Source: Alphaproteobacteria bacterium (GTDB taxonomy: Bacteria > Pseudomonadota > Alphaproteobacteria > Bin95). From it: DNA of 64,000 bases. The position numbers were made by a program, and so were the translations under genes. Below, one piece after another: positions 49,577 to 60,835 of the stretch. The stretch covers positions 1,376,001 to 1,440,000 of the forward strand of contig CBDBGH010000003.1 of assembly GCA_965205265.1 (NCBI GenBank), given 5' to 3'. Below the pieces are notes generated by a model. The model searched no databases. It had not been told where the DNA came from and saw nothing but the letters and a program-made list of their open reading frames with translations. The number at the start of each line of letters is the position of its first letter. Position 1 is the stretch's first letter.

Positions 49577-52096
49577 CTAATCGGTAATCCCGAAGCGGCT
49601 TAGCGCGAAGGCGTAAAGCTCCGCGAGTTCGTTCAGGGTCTCGAACCGGCCGGACGCGCCGCCGTGCCCGGCGGTCATGTTCGTTCGCAGCAGCAGCAGG
49701 GGGCTGCCCTCGACGGTCTCCCTCAACGCGGCGATCCATTTCGCCGGCTCCCAATAGGTGACGCGCGGGTCGGAAACGCCGGCGGTGGCGAAAATGTCGG
49801 GATAGGGCGCGGCGGCGATGTTCTCGTAGGGACTGTAGGCGGCGATGCGCCGGAACGCCTCCTCGTCCTCTATCGGGTTGCCCCATTCCGGCCATTCCGG
49901 CGGCGTCAGCGGCAGGGCCGGATCGGACATGGTGTTGAGCACATCGACGAACGGCACTTCGGCCAGCACCGCCGTGAACAGCTCCGGCGCCCGATTGGCG
50001 GCAGCGCCGACGAGCAAGCCGCCGGCGCTGCCGCCATGGGCGACGATGCCGCCCGCACAGCCTTCGGCCATCAAGTGGCGCCCCGCTGCGGCGAAGTCGT
50101 CGAAACTGTTGGTCTTGCCGGCAAGCTTGCCGGTCCGGTACCAGCGGTAGCCGCGGTCCGTCCCGCCCCTGACATGGGCGATGGCATAGACGAATCCCCT
50201 GTCCACCAGGCTCAGCCGCGAGGTCGAGAACGCGGCGGGGATCGATATGCCGTAGGCGCCATAGCCGTAAAGAAGGCAGGGCGGCGGCGGCGAGAATTCG
50301 AGGTCGGCGCGATAGAGCAGGGTGACGGGCACCGCCTCGCTGTCGGGCGCGGTCGCCGTCAACCGGCGTGTGCGGTAATCCTCGGGGTCGTGGCCGCTCG
50401 GCACTTCCTGTTTGCGCAGCAGCCGGCGTGTCCGGCCGGCCATGTCGTAGTCATAGACATGCGTCGGCGTGGTCGGCGAGGCATAGGAGAAGCGCAGCGT
50501 GTCGGTCGCATATTCGAAGCCCGGCAGGATGCCGAGGGCATAGGCTTCCTCGTCGAAGGCGATGGCGTGTTCCTCGCCGGAGTCGAGGGCGCGCACGACG
50601 ATCCGGGGCAGGCCGTCCTCGCGCTCCAGCCGCACGATCCAGTCCCGGAACAGCAGCAATTGGAGGATGAGGCATCCCGGCCTGTGGGGCACGAGGTCCT
50701 CCCACGCATCCGGCTCCGGGGCGTCGAGCGGGGCGGCGGCGATGCGGAAATCCTCGGCCTTGCGGTCATTGGTGAGGATCAGCAGCCGTTCCCCCCGATC
50801 TCCCAGCGAATATTCCACATCCGCGCGCCGGGCGGCGACGAGGCGCGGCGGGTCCTGCGGCCGGTCCGCATCGACCAGCCGGATTTCGCCGCTGGTGTGG
50901 TCGTGAGAATCCAGAAGGATGAACCGGCCGCTCTCGGTCTTGTCGACATCGAGGAAGAAACCGGGGTCGGGCTCCTCGTAAACGAGCTCGGGCTCCCCGC
51001 CGAGGCTGCAGCGGTAAACCCAGCGCGGCCGCGCATTCTCGTCGCGCACGGTGTAGAAGACGGTCCGGCTGTCATTCGCCCACACCACGCCGCCCGCCGT
51101 CCGCTCGACCCTGTCTTCGAGGTCCGCACCGCTCCCGGCGTCCCGGAAGGCGAGCGTGTAGTCCTCCGAGCCCGAGAGATCGACCGTATAGGCGATGAGC
51201 CTGTGGTCGGGGCTGTGGGCGCAGGCGGCAATGCGGCAATAGGGTTGGCCGTCCGCAAGCAGGTTGCCGTCGAGCAGGACCGCCTCTTCCCCGTCGGCGT
51301 CCCGGCGGCAGAAAAGCGGATGCTCGCCGCCGGTCACGAACCGGGTATAGTAGGCGAACGGACCGTCGGGCGCGGGCGCCGTCGTGTCGTCCTCCTTGAT
51401 CCTGGCGCGCATCTCCTGCCTGAGCCGCTCCTGCAGGCCGCGCAGCGGCTCCATGACCGCCCTTGTGTATTCGTTCTCGGCTTCCAGATGTTCGCGGATA
51501 TCGTCCGGCAGGACGGACGGGTCGCGCATCGCTTCCTGCCAGTTCTCCGCCCGGAGCCAGGCATAGGGGTCGATGCGCTCCTGCCCGTGCTGGGCGATGC
51601 TCAGCGGCCGCCGTTCCGCGCGCGGCGGGCTTGCGGCGTTCCCCGTCTCGCTGATCCGCGTGAACGCCCGCAAGGTTTCCTCGCTGACATGGTGCTCGAT
51701 GCCTTCGGCGTCGCGCCGCGCTGTCTCGTCGCTGACCCCGATGGTCTTGAGGAAGTCGAGCACGATCTGGTGGCGCCGGCGCGAGCGCAGCGCCATCCGG
51801 CGGCCCTTGCCGGTAAGGAAGATCGAGCGGTAGGGCCGGGTCGTCACCAGGCCGTCGCGCTGCAGGCGGGCGACCGCCTTGCTGGCCGTCATGTGGGTGA
51901 CGCCCATGCGCCGCGCGATTTCGACCAGGCGGGCCTCGCCGGTGGCCTCGATCAGGTCGTCGATCAGCTCGACATAGTCTTCCGCGAGTTCCTTGCGCCG
52001 CGCGCGGCGGGTATGGGTGAATACGGCCGCCTGCCGCTCGGCGTCCCCCAGCGCTTCGTCGCCATCGTCGCGGTCGTCGTCCCGGCGGTCGGTCAT
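49577..52096 (-). CDS. MntR-like regulator fused to S9 oligopeptidase B (PtrB)
   Basis: N-terminal AEDYVELI...HTH...DAEGIEHHVS; then IDPYAWL, beta-propeller, GGSAGG, DPRV, GHGG triad; no stop between domains. Confidence 0.85.
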   Translation of the reverse strand: MTDRRDDDRDDGDEALGDAERQAAVFTHTRRARRKELAEDYVELIDDLIEATGEARLVEIARRMGVTHMTASKAVARLQRDGLVTTRPYRSIFLTGKGRRMALRSRRRHQIVLDFLKTIGVSDETARRDAEGIEHHVSEETLRAFTRISETGNAASPPRAERRPLSIAQHGQERIDPYAWLRAENWQEAMRDPSVLPDDIREHLEAENEYTRAVMEPLRGLQERLRQEMRARIKEDDTTAPAPDGPFAYYTRFVTGGEHPLFCRRDADGEEAVLLDGNLLADGQPYCRIAACAHSPDHRLIAYTVDLSGSEDYTLAFRDAGSGADLEDRVERTAGGVVWANDSRTVFYTVRDENARPRWVYRCSLGGEPELVYEEPDPGFFLDVDKTESGRFILLDSHDHTSGEIRLVDADRPQDPPRLVAARRADVEYSLGDRGERLLILTNDRKAEDFRIAAAPLDAPEPDAWEDLVPHRPGCLILQLLLFRDWIVRLEREDGLPRIVVRALDSGEEHAIAFDEEAYALGILPGFEYATDTLRFSYASPTTPTHVYDYDMAGRTRRLLRKQEVPSGHDPEDYRTRRLTATAPDSEAVPVTLLYRADLEFSPPPPCLLYGYGAYGISIPAAFSTSRLSLVDRGFVYAIAHVRGGTDRGYRWYRTGKLAGKTNSFDDFAAAGRHLMAEGCAGGIVAHGGSAGGLLVGAAANRAPELFTAVLAEVPFVDVLNTMSDPALPLTPPEWPEWGNPIEDEEAFRRIAAYSPYENIAAAPYPDIFATAGVSDPRVTYWEPAKWIAALRETVEGSPLLLLRTNMTAGHGGASGRFETLNELAELYAFALSRFGITD

Positions 52097-52176
52097 CACC
52101 CGCCACCTATGACGGAAGCGCACGCTCCGGGCAAGCGAATCGCCCGACTACCCGCCGGCAGCCCTCTTTCGGCAAC

Positions 52177-54894
52177 TCAGTGCGAGTCGGCCCAGTTGTC
52201 GGCTGCTCCGGTCTCGACCACCAGCGGTATCGCAAGCTCCGCCGCGCTTTCCATTACCCCGGCGACGCAGGCGCGGGTCTCCTCGACCTCGTCTTCCGGC
52301 ACCTCGAACAGCAGCTCGTCATGGACCTGGAGGATCATGCGCGCCTTCAGCCCCGCTTCGGCGAGCGCCGGCGGCACGCGCAGCATGGCGCGCTTGATGA
52401 TATCCGCGGCCGAGCCCTGGAGCGGCGCATTGATTGCAGCCCGCTCGCCGAAGCTGCGCCGGGCGGGGTTCTTGTCGGCAATGTAGGGCGTCCGGCATTT
52501 TCGCCCGAATATGGTCGGCACATAGCCGTGTTTGCGCGCAAAGGCGCGCGCCCGGCCCATATAGTCGCGGATGCCGGGGTAACGCTCGAAATAGGCGTCG
52601 ATATAGGCCCGCGCCTCGCCCTGCGGGATCGCAAGCTGGCGCGAGAGGCCGAAGGGCGAAATCCCGTAAATGATGCCGAAATTGATCGCCTTGGCCCGCC
52701 GGCGCGTCATCGGGTCCATGCCTTCCACCGGCTGCCCGAACACCTGCGAGGCGGTGAGCGCGTGGATGTCGAGGCCGGCATGGAAGGCCTCGCGCAACGG
52801 CTCGATCTCCGCGACATGGGCGAGCAGGCGAAGCTCGATCTGCGAATAGTCCGCGCTGACGAGCATATGGCCCGGTTCGGCCACGAAGGCGCGGCGGATC
52901 TTCCGGCCTTCTTCGGTGCGCACGGGAATGTTCTGGAGGTTGGGGTCGTTGGAGGAGAGGCGGCCGGTGCCGGCGACCGCCTGGGAGAAGGAGCTGTGGA
53001 CGCGCTGCGTGCCGGGATGGGCCGCCGCGGCCAGCGCTTCCGTATAGGTGCTGCGCAGCTTCGAGAGCTGGCGCCAGTCGAGCACCCTGGCCGGCAGCTC
53101 GTGCCCCTGCGCGCGCAGGTCCTCCAGGATTTCGGCGCCGGTTGCATAGGCCCCGGTCTTGCCCTTCCTGCCGCCCGGAAGGCTCATCTCGTCGAACAGG
53201 ATTTCGCCGAGTTGCTTGGGCGAACCGATATTGAAGGGGTGCCCGGCAAGACCGTGAATTTCCTGCTCGAGGTCGCCGATGCGGCGCGCAAAATCCTTCG
53301 AAAGGGCATTCAGCGCCGCCACATCGACCTTGATGCCGGCATTCTCCATGTCCGCAAGCACCGGGATCAGCGGACGCTCGATGGTCTCATAGACCGCCGC
53401 CATGCGCTCCTCGCGCAGCCGCGGACGCAGGATTCCGTGCAGTCTGAGCGTGATGTCGGCGTCTTCGGCCGCGTAGTCGAGCGCCTTGTCGAGCGCTACT
53501 TTGTCGAAGGTGATGGCGTTCCTGCCCTTGCCGCAGACGCTCTCATAGCTGATGCATTCATGGCCGAGATGCAGGCGCGCGAGCTCGTTCATGCCGTGGC
53601 CGTGGCTCGATCCGTCGAGCACATAGGACAGCACCATCGTGTCGTCGATGGGCGCCACGCGGATGCCATGCCTGGCGAGGACTTCCATGTCGTATTTGAT
53701 GTTCTGCCCGACCTTCAGCACGGCGTCGGAGGAGAGCAGCGGCGCCAGTACCGCAAGCGCGGATTCGGCGGTGAGCTGCTGCGGCGCGTCCGCTTCCAGC
53801 AGTTCCGCCGCCAGGTCGTGCCCGACGGGGATGTAGCAGGCCCTGCCGGGCGCTACGGCGAGCGAGAGGCCCACAAGGCGCGCGCGCTGCGCATCCAGGC
53901 TGTCGGTCTCCGTGTCGATGGCGACGATGCCGGCCTCGAAACCCGCTTCGACCCAACGCTTCAGCGCTTCTTCTTCAGTGACGAGTTCGTATTCGGCTTC
54001 CACCGGGGCGGCCGGCCGCTCCTCCTCGCCCGCGCTGCCGAGGCGGGCGATAATCGAGGCGAAGCCCTGTTCTTCCAGGAAAGGCCTGAGCCGCGCCGGA
54101 TCGAGGCCCGGCACGGCGAAGGCGTCCAGGTCTTCCGCGACCGGCGCATCGTCGCGCAGCAGCACCAGCTCCCGCGAGACGCGCGCCTGTTCCGCGAATT
54201 CGAGCAGGTTGGCGCGCCGCTTGGGCTGGCGGATCTCCTCCGCCCGCGCCAGCAGCGTGTCGAGGTCCCCGTATTCGCCGATCAGCTGCGCCGCCGTCTT
54301 GACCCCGATGCCGGGGACACCCGGCACATTGTCGCTGGAATCGCCGGCAAGCGCCTGCACGTCCACCACCTTTTCCGGCGGCACACCGAAGCGCTCGACC
54401 ACTTCCGGCCCGCCGATCCGGCGCTGCTTCACCGGGTCGAAGAGCGATATGCGCTCGTCCACGAGTTGCATCAGGTCCTTGTCGGAGGACACGATGGTGA
54501 CCTCGGCGCCCAGCGCCGCCGCGCGGCGGGCATAGGTTGCGATGATGTCGTCCGCCTCGTAGCCCGGAAGCTCGGCGACCTGCAGGTTCAACGCCTCGAC
54601 GGCATCGCGGATCAGCGCGAATTGCGGCACGAGCTCGGGCGGCGGGTCGTCGCGGTTCGCCTTGTAGTCGGGGTAGATGTCGTTGCGGAAGGTCGTCCGC
54701 GCCACGTCGAACACGACCGCGATCCGGTCGGCGTCGGTGTCCTCGACCAGCCGCATCAGCATGGCCGTGAAGCCGTAAACGGCGTTGACGGGCGTGCCGT
54801 CCGGCCGTGTCATGGGCGGCAGGGCGTGGAAGGCGCGGAAAATGTAGCCGGAGCCGTCGACCAGGAAGACGTGGCGGGGCGCTTCTTCCGTCAA
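52177..54894 (-). CDS. polA: DNA polymerase I
   Basis: [44 protein letters not shown]; TTG start overlapping the upstream stop. Confidence 0.97.
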   Translation of the reverse strand: MTEEAPRHVFLVDGSGYIFRAFHALPPMTRPDGTPVNAVYGFTAMLMRLVEDTDADRIAVVFDVARTTFRNDIYPDYKANRDDPPPELVPQFALIRDAVEALNLQVAELPGYEADDIIATYARRAAALGAEVTIVSSDKDLMQLVDERISLFDPVKQRRIGGPEVVERFGVPPEKVVDVQALAGDSSDNVPGVPGIGVKTAAQLIGEYGDLDTLLARAEEIRQPKRRANLLEFAEQARVSRELVLLRDDAPVAEDLDAFAVPGLDPARLRPFLEEQGFASIIARLGSAGEEERPAAPVEAEYELVTEEEALKRWVEAGFEAGIVAIDTETDSLDAQRARLVGLSLAVAPGRACYIPVGHDLAAELLEADAPQQLTAESALAVLAPLLSSDAVLKVGQNIKYDMEVLARHGIRVAPIDDTMVLSYVLDGSSHGHGMNELARLHLGHECISYESVCGKGRNAITFDKVALDKALDYAAEDADITLRLHGILRPRLREERMAAVYETIERPLIPVLADMENAGIKVDVAALNALSKDFARRIGDLEQEIHGLAGHPFNIGSPKQLGEILFDEMSLPGGRKGKTGAYATGAEILEDLRAQGHELPARVLDWRQLSKLRSTYTEALAAAAHPGTQRVHSSFSQAVAGTGRLSSNDPNLQNIPVRTEEGRKIRRAFVAEPGHMLVSADYSQIELRLLAHVAEIEPLREAFHAGLDIHALTASQVFGQPVEGMDPMTRRRAKAINFGIIYGISPFGLSRQLAIPQGEARAYIDAYFERYPGIRDYMGRARAFARKHGYVPTIFGRKCRTPYIADKNPARRSFGERAAINAPLQGSAADIIKRAMLRVPPALAEAGLKARMILQVHDELLFEVPEDEVEETRACVAGVMESAAELAIPLVVETGAADNWADSH

Positions 54895-55070
54895 TGCGCC
54901 GCGCGGAGACCCGCTCCGTCCTTCAGCACGAAACGCCGGCCGCAATAGGGGCAATCCACCCGGCCTTCGCTGTCCAGATGAAGCCAGACGCGCGGATGGC
55001 CGAGCGCGCCGCCGCCGCCGTCGCAGGCAATCGCGGCCTCCTCGACCTCAATCGTCTCCGGCGGTTCCAT
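54891..55070 (-). CDS. Zinc-finger (CHCC) domain small protein
   Basis: MEPPETIEV...[15 protein letters not shown]...CPYCGRRF. Confidence 0.88.
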   Translation of the reverse strand: MEPPETIEVEEAAIACDGGGGALGHPRVWLHLDSEGRVDCPYCGRRFVLKDGAGLRAAH

Positions 55071-55147
55071 CGGCGTCTCCCCCATGCCGTCCGGGCCATG
55101 CGGGGATGATAGCGAAGCGGCCCCCGCACGCAACATGCAGGGCAGGG

Positions 55148-55978
55148 TTACACCTTCCGGCAAAGAACCTCGATCGGCAGGGTGCGGCGCTCCTTCGCGG
55201 CGCGGCCGTTGTTCGCCACCGCCTTGCGGGCGCGCTCGCCGAGCGCCAGCATGACGGCGCGGTGCGGCGGTTTTCCGCCGGCCTCGACGATGGCGCGCGA
55301 GCGGGCGGCGAAGTCGCGCGCTTCCTTGCTGGTATCGCGCAGGCTCTCGACCCTGAAACCTGCGGCTTCGAGTTCCGCACGGGTGTCCTCCGGCGTGGCG
55401 AGGAAGCTCGAGGCGGCGGTGGCCGCCCAGGGCAGGGGGTAGTCGGGGGCGCCGCCGGGGCCCTGGGCCACTTCCGACAGGGCGAGCCACCCGCCGGGCT
55501 TCAGCACGCGGCTGACCTCCCGGTAGAAAGCGCGCTTGCCGGCGATGTTCATGGAGACATTCATGGAATAGGCGCCGTCGAAGGCCGCGTCCCCGAACGG
55601 CATCGCCAGCGCATCGCCCTCCTCGAACGACATGCGGTCTTCGAGCCCGAGCCGCGCGGTCAGCAGCCGCGCGACCTCGCAGAACTCCGCCGTCAGGTCG
55701 ATTCCGGCGACCCGGCAGCCGAACCGCCGCGCCATGTAGCGCGCCGGGCCGCCGAGGCCGCTGCCGATATCCAGAATCCGGTCCGCTGCGGAGACCGTCA
55801 GGCGGCTCGCCATGTCCTCGGTCGCCTCCAGCCCGCGGCCGTGGAAATGGTCGTAGGGCGCAAGCTCTTCCAGAGTCGGACTCGCCGGATCGACTCCGTC
55901 CTCGCGCAGGTTTACTTCCAGCCGCGCCAGGAGGCCGCCTTGCGAGTAATGGCCCGGAATTTCCGATGCCGCATTCAT
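55148..55978 (-). CDS. Class I SAM-dependent methyltransferase
   Basis: [34 protein letters not shown]; start MNAASE. Confidence 0.9.
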   Translation of the reverse strand: MNAASEIPGHYSQGGLLARLEVNLREDGVDPASPTLEELAPYDHFHGRGLEATEDMASRLTVSAADRILDIGSGLGGPARYMARRFGCRVAGIDLTAEFCEVARLLTARLGLEDRMSFEEGDALAMPFGDAAFDGAYSMNVSMNIAGKRAFYREVSRVLKPGGWLALSEVAQGPGGAPDYPLPWAATAASSFLATPEDTRAELEAAGFRVESLRDTSKEARDFAARSRAIVEAGGKPPHRAVMLALGERARKAVANNGRAAKERRTLPIEVLCRKV

Positions 55979-56080
55979 TGCCGGCCCTTTCCCCTTGAAA
56001 TGCAGGACGATAGCAGGCCCTCTGGCGGGTGTCCGCGAAAGCGTTGTATCGAGAAAGGCGGCAACGAGGGAGCGCCGGCC

Positions 56081-57271
56081 ATGAACGAGAAAACGACCCT
56101 GCTTGCGAATGTGCGCCTTGCCGACGGGAGCGCGGCGGACATCCGCATGGCCGGCGGCGCGATCGAAGAGGTCGGCCCCGGTCTCGGCCCGGCGAACGCC
56201 GAGCGCTTCGACGGCGGCGGCCTGCTTGCCCTTCCCGGCATGACGGACGGGCATGTGCATCTCGACAAGACGCTGACCGGCCTGCCCTGGATGCCCCATC
56301 CCGCCGAGCCGGGCCGGGCAAGCCGCATCGCGGTCGAGCGTGGCCTGCGAGCGACGCTTCCGCCGCCTGCGGAACGCGCGTCCAACCTGGTCCGCCAGGC
56401 TGTCGCGCTCGGCACGACCGCCTTCCGCAGCCATGCGGATATCGGCCCCGATATCGGCACAGGCCATGTCGAGGCGCTGCTCGAGGTGAAGGCCGCCTTC
56501 TCCCATGCCGCCGACTTCCAGATCGTCGCGTTTCCGCAATACGGCGTGCTCGCCGCACCCGGCAGTTACGAGCTTATGGACGAGGCGCTGGCGATGGGCG
56601 CGGACCTTGTGGGCGGCATCGACCCCATCGACCGGGACGGGGACCTGGACGGCCAGCTGGACCTGCTTTTCCGGCTGGCCGGGAAGCACGGCAAGGGCAT
56701 CGACATCCATATCCACGACCCCGGGAAGGCAGGGTTGCAGGAAATCGCCGCTCTCGCCGAGCGCACCCGCGCGACCGGCATGGAGGGCCGTGTCACCGTC
56801 AGCCACGGCTTCTGCCTCGGGGCCTGCACGGAGGATGTCTTCGAGCGCCTGGCCGGCGCCATGGCCGGGGCGGGCATGTCGCTCGCCACCCACGGCGGCG
56901 GGGCCTCGCCTCTGCCGCCGGTGAAGAAGCTGCGCGAGCGCGGGGTCGAGGTGTTCGTCGGCAATGACGATGTGCGCGATACATGGGGACCCTACGGCAA
57001 CGGGGACCTGCTGATCCGCGCCATGCTGCTGTCATGGCGCTCGGGTTACCGCACCGACAGCGACCTCGCCATCGCCTTCGACTGCGCCGCGGCCGCCCCG
57101 CGCCGGGTATTCGGGCAGGACGACCGCGGCATCGCCGCCGGCGCGCCTGCCGATCTGTTCACGGTCCACGCCGAAACGCTCGCCGAGGCGGTCGCCCAGC
57201 ATCCGCCGCGCGGCCTGGTGTTCAAGGCCGGCCGGCCGGTCGCGCGCGACGGGTCGTATCTCGGTCGATGA
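56081..57271 (+). CDS. Amidohydrolase family protein (cytosine/creatinine deaminase-like)
   Basis: [39 protein letters not shown]. Confidence 0.9.
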   Translation: MNEKTTLLANVRLADGSAADIRMAGGAIEEVGPGLGPANAERFDGGGLLALPGMTDGHVHLDKTLTGLPWMPHPAEPGRASRIAVERGLRATLPPPAERASNLVRQAVALGTTAFRSHADIGPDIGTGHVEALLEVKAAFSHAADFQIVAFPQYGVLAAPGSYELMDEALAMGADLVGGIDPIDRDGDLDGQLDLLFRLAGKHGKGIDIHIHDPGKAGLQEIAALAERTRATGMEGRVTVSHGFCLGACTEDVFERLAGAMAGAGMSLATHGGGASPLPPVKKLRERGVEVFVGNDDVRDTWGPYGNGDLLIRAMLLSWRSGYRTDSDLAIAFDCAAAAPRRVFGQDDRGIAAGAPADLFTVHAETLAEAVAQHPPRGLVFKAGRPVARDGSYLGR

Positions 57272-57357
57272 GTTGAAAATCCCGGTCGGCATTGCACGGA
57301 CAAGAGTCGCGCCGTGGGGGAAGCGATAGTGGCGAGCGACAGGGAGAACCGAAATCG

Positions 57358-57606
57358 ATGAAATACGCCGATATCGATCCGAAGCATCTGGCCGAACTCG
57401 GCCGAACGCTTGGGGCCTGGCTCCGCGACGGCGACAAGGATGCGTATCTCGACGGCGAGGGTCCTCTGCCGGCCCACCCCGAACTCTACTACCGAAAGAC
57501 GGGCGACGGGTGGCGGTGGACCTTGCTGGCCGATACCGAAGAAAACCGGCAACAGGATAGGCTGGACGAACAAGCGTGGCGAATATGGAAGGCGATGCAT
57601 GAGTAG
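57358..57606 (+). CDS. Hypothetical 82-aa protein
   Basis: AGGGAG SD, GC3-rich codons, MKYADIDPKHLAELG...; no family recognised. Confidence 0.6.
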   Translation: MKYADIDPKHLAELGRTLGAWLRDGDKDAYLDGEGPLPAHPELYYRKTGDGWRWTLLADTEENRQQDRLDEQAWRIWKAMHE

Positions 57607-57691
57607 CGGGCCGCGCAGGCTTCCGCCCCGGCCCGGAGAATGGGCATTTGCAATTCAACTCGTACAAACCGGGATGCAGCCCGCATTCCGG

Positions 57692-57719
57692 TTGACAGCG
57701 AAGGCGGCGCATCTATGGT
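57692..57719 (+). promoter_or_regulatory. tRNA-Arg promoter
   Basis: TTGACA-16 bp-TATGGT, 12 nt before the tRNA. Confidence 0.65.
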
Positions 57720-57731
57720 CTTCGGACTGAA

Positions 57732-57807
57732 GCGCCCGTAGCTCAGTGGATAGAGCGTCTGCCTCCGGAGCAGAAGGTCGCACGTTCGAATCGTGCCGGG
57801 CGCGCCA
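57732..57807 (+). tRNA. tRNA-Arg(CCG)
   Basis: GCGCCCG acceptor, TCTGC-CTCCGGA-GCAGA anticodon arm, GTTCGAATC, CCA end. Confidence 0.96.
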
Positions 57808-57827
57808 GAGTTCCGGGCGCGTGCTCC

Positions 57828-59237
57828 ATGTCCAGATTCTCCAGGCCGGCAATGACGCGCCGCGCGTTTCTCGCTTCGGCGGCGGTGGCGCTTGCGCCGC
57901 TCGGCCGTGTCCGGGCGGCCGGAATGCCGGAGTTGCGCCTGCGGGCTGCGCCCGCATCCGTCCGCCTCGCGCCGGAACCCTATGGCGAAACGCCGGTCTG
58001 GTGCTATGGCGGCAACGTGCCGGGGCCGGAAATCCGGGTGCGCCAGGGGGACCGGCTGCGGGTCCTGCTCGACAACGGGCTCGGCGAGGACACCACGATC
58101 CACTGGCACGGCCTCCGGCTGCCCAACGCCATGGACGGCGTGCCGGACGTGACCCAGCCGCCCGTCCGCCCCGGCGGGACCTTCGCCTACGAGTTCGACG
58201 CCGTGGATGCCGGAACCTTCTGGTACCACCCCCATTCCAACAGTATGGAGCAGGTCGCGCGCGGCCTTTACGGAGTGCTGGTCGTCGAGGAGCGCGAACC
58301 GGCGCTGCGCGCGGACCGGGACGTGACCTGGGTGCTGGACGACTGGCGGATGACGGAGGAAGCCGCGCTTGCCGACGGCTTCGGGAACGCCCATGACATG
58401 AGCCATGCCGGGCGGCTTGGCAATTGGGCGACCGTCAACGGTTCAAGCCCGGGAGAGTTCGCCGTGCGCGGGGGCGAGCGCATCCGGCTCCGCCTCGTCA
58501 ACACAGCCAACGCGCGGGTCTTCGGACTTGAGTTCCAGAACCACCGGCCGCAGGTCGTGGCGCTCGACGGCCACCCGGTCGCGCCCCATGCGCCGGAGGG
58601 CGGCCGGGTCGTGCTCGGCCCCGGCATGCGCGCCGACATCGTGCTCGACATGACCGGGGAGCCGGGGGCGAAGACGCCCGTGATCGACGCCTTCTACCGC
58701 AACCGGGAATACCGCCTGCTCGACCTCGCCTATGCGTCCGAACCTCTGCGCGGGGAGCCGCCCGACTGGCCGCTCGCCCTGCCGCCCAATCCGCTGCCGG
58801 AGCCGGAAGCCGGGGACGCCGTCCGCCATGAGATGATGTTCACCGGCGGCGCGATGGGCGGGGCGGTCATGGCCGAGATGGGCGGCCGCATGGGCCCGGT
58901 CGGGCCGCGCTCCTTCTGGTTCGTCGATGGCGAGGCCCCTTCGGGAGACCCGCCGGCGCCGATGTTGACGCTCGAGCGGGGCCGGAGCTGCGTCATCGCC
59001 ATGACAAACGCCACCGCCTGGCACCACCCGATGCATCTCCACGGCCACGCCTTCCGCATCCTCTCCCGCAACGGCAGGCCGACGGAACGCCGGGAATGGC
59101 GGGACACCGTGCTGATGGAACCGCGCGAGCGGGTGGAAATCGCTTTCCTTGCTGACAATCCCGGCGACTGGCTGTTTCATTGCCATGTGCTGGGACACCA
59201 GGCGAGCGGCATGAAGAGCATGATCCGCGTGCTTTGA
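57828..59237 (+). CDS. Tat-exported multicopper oxidase
   Basis: TRRAFL Tat motif; HWHG, WYHPH, HPMHLHGH, HCHVLGHQASGM copper ligands. Confidence 0.95.
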   Translation: MSRFSRPAMTRRAFLASAAVALAPLGRVRAAGMPELRLRAAPASVRLAPEPYGETPVWCYGGNVPGPEIRVRQGDRLRVLLDNGLGEDTTIHWHGLRLPNAMDGVPDVTQPPVRPGGTFAYEFDAVDAGTFWYHPHSNSMEQVARGLYGVLVVEEREPALRADRDVTWVLDDWRMTEEAALADGFGNAHDMSHAGRLGNWATVNGSSPGEFAVRGGERIRLRLVNTANARVFGLEFQNHRPQVVALDGHPVAPHAPEGGRVVLGPGMRADIVLDMTGEPGAKTPVIDAFYRNREYRLLDLAYASEPLRGEPPDWPLALPPNPLPEPEAGDAVRHEMMFTGGAMGGAVMAEMGGRMGPVGPRSFWFVDGEAPSGDPPAPMLTLERGRSCVIAMTNATAWHHPMHLHGHAFRILSRNGRPTERREWRDTVLMEPRERVEIAFLADNPGDWLFHCHVLGHQASGMKSMIRVL

Positions 59238-59258
59238 GGCGGGCAGGGAGGAAGGACG

Positions 59259-60098
59259 ATGACCGGGACTTGTGCCATCGATGTCGAGGCCTTCGAGCGG
59301 AACGGTTTCGCCGGCCCGCTCTACGCCATGAGCGCCGAAGAGGCGCAGGATTACCGCCGCAAATTCGAGGCTTACGAGGCCGAGCTCGGCCACCGCGTCA
59401 CCGAGGGCGATCCGGGGACCCGCTACAAGACGCATGTGCTGATGCCGTTTGCGGCGGACCTGGCGCGCCATCCGCGTATCCTCGACGCGGTCGAAGCCCT
59501 GCTCGGGCCGGACATTCTCTGCTGGACCAGCACATGGTTTGTGAAGGACGCGCATACCGAGGCGCAAACGATCTGGCACCAGGACGCCACCTATTTCGGC
59601 CTGCGCCCGCACCGCCATGTCACCGCCTGGCTGGCGCTGAGCGAGGCGTCGGAAGAGGCGGGCTGCATGCGCTTCGTTCCCGGCACCAACCGCGGCGGAC
59701 TGCTGCGCCACATCGCCAATGCCGCGCCCAACAGCATCAACAGCGCCGGCCAGCGCACCGAGGCCGATTTCGAACCGGAAGACGCGGTGCCCGTGCCGCT
59801 GAAGCCCGGCGAATTCTCGATCCACCACACCCTTGCCGTCCATGCCTCCGGCCCCAACCGCGCGGACGACCGGCGCATCGGCATCGGCATTTCCTACATC
59901 CCGGCGAGCGTGCGCCATATCGGCACCGTCAGGGTGCCGGCGACGCTGGTGCGGGGCGAGGACCGCTACGGCCATTTCGAGCTCGAACAGCGCCCCGAGG
60001 GCGGGCTGGAGTGGAACAGCTACTACCGCCACCGCGCCGCCTATAGCGAGAGCTACGCCGAGCAGGTCGAGTGGCACGCGGAAGGGCGCTGGGAATAG
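59259..60098 (+). CDS. Phytanoyl-CoA dioxygenase (PhyH) family protein
   Basis: WHQDATYF, GCMRFVPG, HASGPN...RR. Confidence 0.9.
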   Translation: MTGTCAIDVEAFERNGFAGPLYAMSAEEAQDYRRKFEAYEAELGHRVTEGDPGTRYKTHVLMPFAADLARHPRILDAVEALLGPDILCWTSTWFVKDAHTEAQTIWHQDATYFGLRPHRHVTAWLALSEASEEAGCMRFVPGTNRGGLLRHIANAAPNSINSAGQRTEADFEPEDAVPVPLKPGEFSIHHTLAVHASGPNRADDRRIGIGISYIPASVRHIGTVRVPATLVRGEDRYGHFELEQRPEGGLEWNSYYRHRAAYSESYAEQVEWHAEGRWE

Positions 60099-60835
60099 TG
60101 GCCCGGCTCGCGGGCAAGGCCGCCATCGTCACGGGCGCGGCCGGCGGCATCGGCTACGCCATCGCCGCTGCTTTCCTGCGCGAAGGGGCGGAGGTCATCG
60201 TGGCGGACAATGCGGCCGACATAGCGGAGCGCGCGCCGGCGGGGGCGGTCGCGATGCGCTGCGATGTGTCCCGGTCGGCCGACGCAGAGGCTGCAACGGC
60301 GTTGGCCAGGGAGCGTTTCGGCAGGCTGCATGTCCTCATCAACAATGCCGCTCTTTTCGTGCCTTACGGCAGCGTTGTCGATGTTGCGGAGGAGGACTGG
60401 ACGCGGTCGATGGCGGTCAATCTCACCGGCCCGTTCCTGATGAGCAAATACGCCGTTCCGCTGATCGCGGAGAGCGGCGGCGGCAGCATCATCCATGTGG
60501 CCTCGCAGCTGGGGCAGGTCGGCAAGCCGGGGCACTGCTGGTACAACGCCGCCAAGGGGGCGCTGATCCAGCTGGCGAAGGTCATGGCGATCGACCATGC
60601 GGGCGAGGGCATCCGCGTGAACAGCCTTTCGCCGGGCCCCATCGGCACGCCGCGCGTCCACGCCAAGCACGGAGGGCGGGAGGCGGCCGAGCGGGAGAAC
60701 GGCGCGCTCACGATCCTCCACCGCATGGGCCGGCCGGAGGAGATCGCCGAAGCCGCGCTCTTCCTCGCCAGCGACGAGTCCAGCTACATGACCGGCGCCG
60801 ACCTGCTGGTGGACGGCGGCTACAACGCATGGTGA
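60098..60835 (+). CDS. SDR family oxidoreductase
   Basis: TGAAGGIG, NNAA, YNAAK, VDGG; GTG start overlapping the upstream stop. Confidence 0.9.
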   Translation: MARLAGKAAIVTGAAGGIGYAIAAAFLREGAEVIVADNAADIAERAPAGAVAMRCDVSRSADAEAATALARERFGRLHVLINNAALFVPYGSVVDVAEEDWTRSMAVNLTGPFLMSKYAVPLIAESGGGSIIHVASQLGQVGKPGHCWYNAAKGALIQLAKVMAIDHAGEGIRVNSLSPGPIGTPRVHAKHGGREAAERENGALTILHRMGRPEEIAEAALFLASDESSYMTGADLLVDGGYNAW

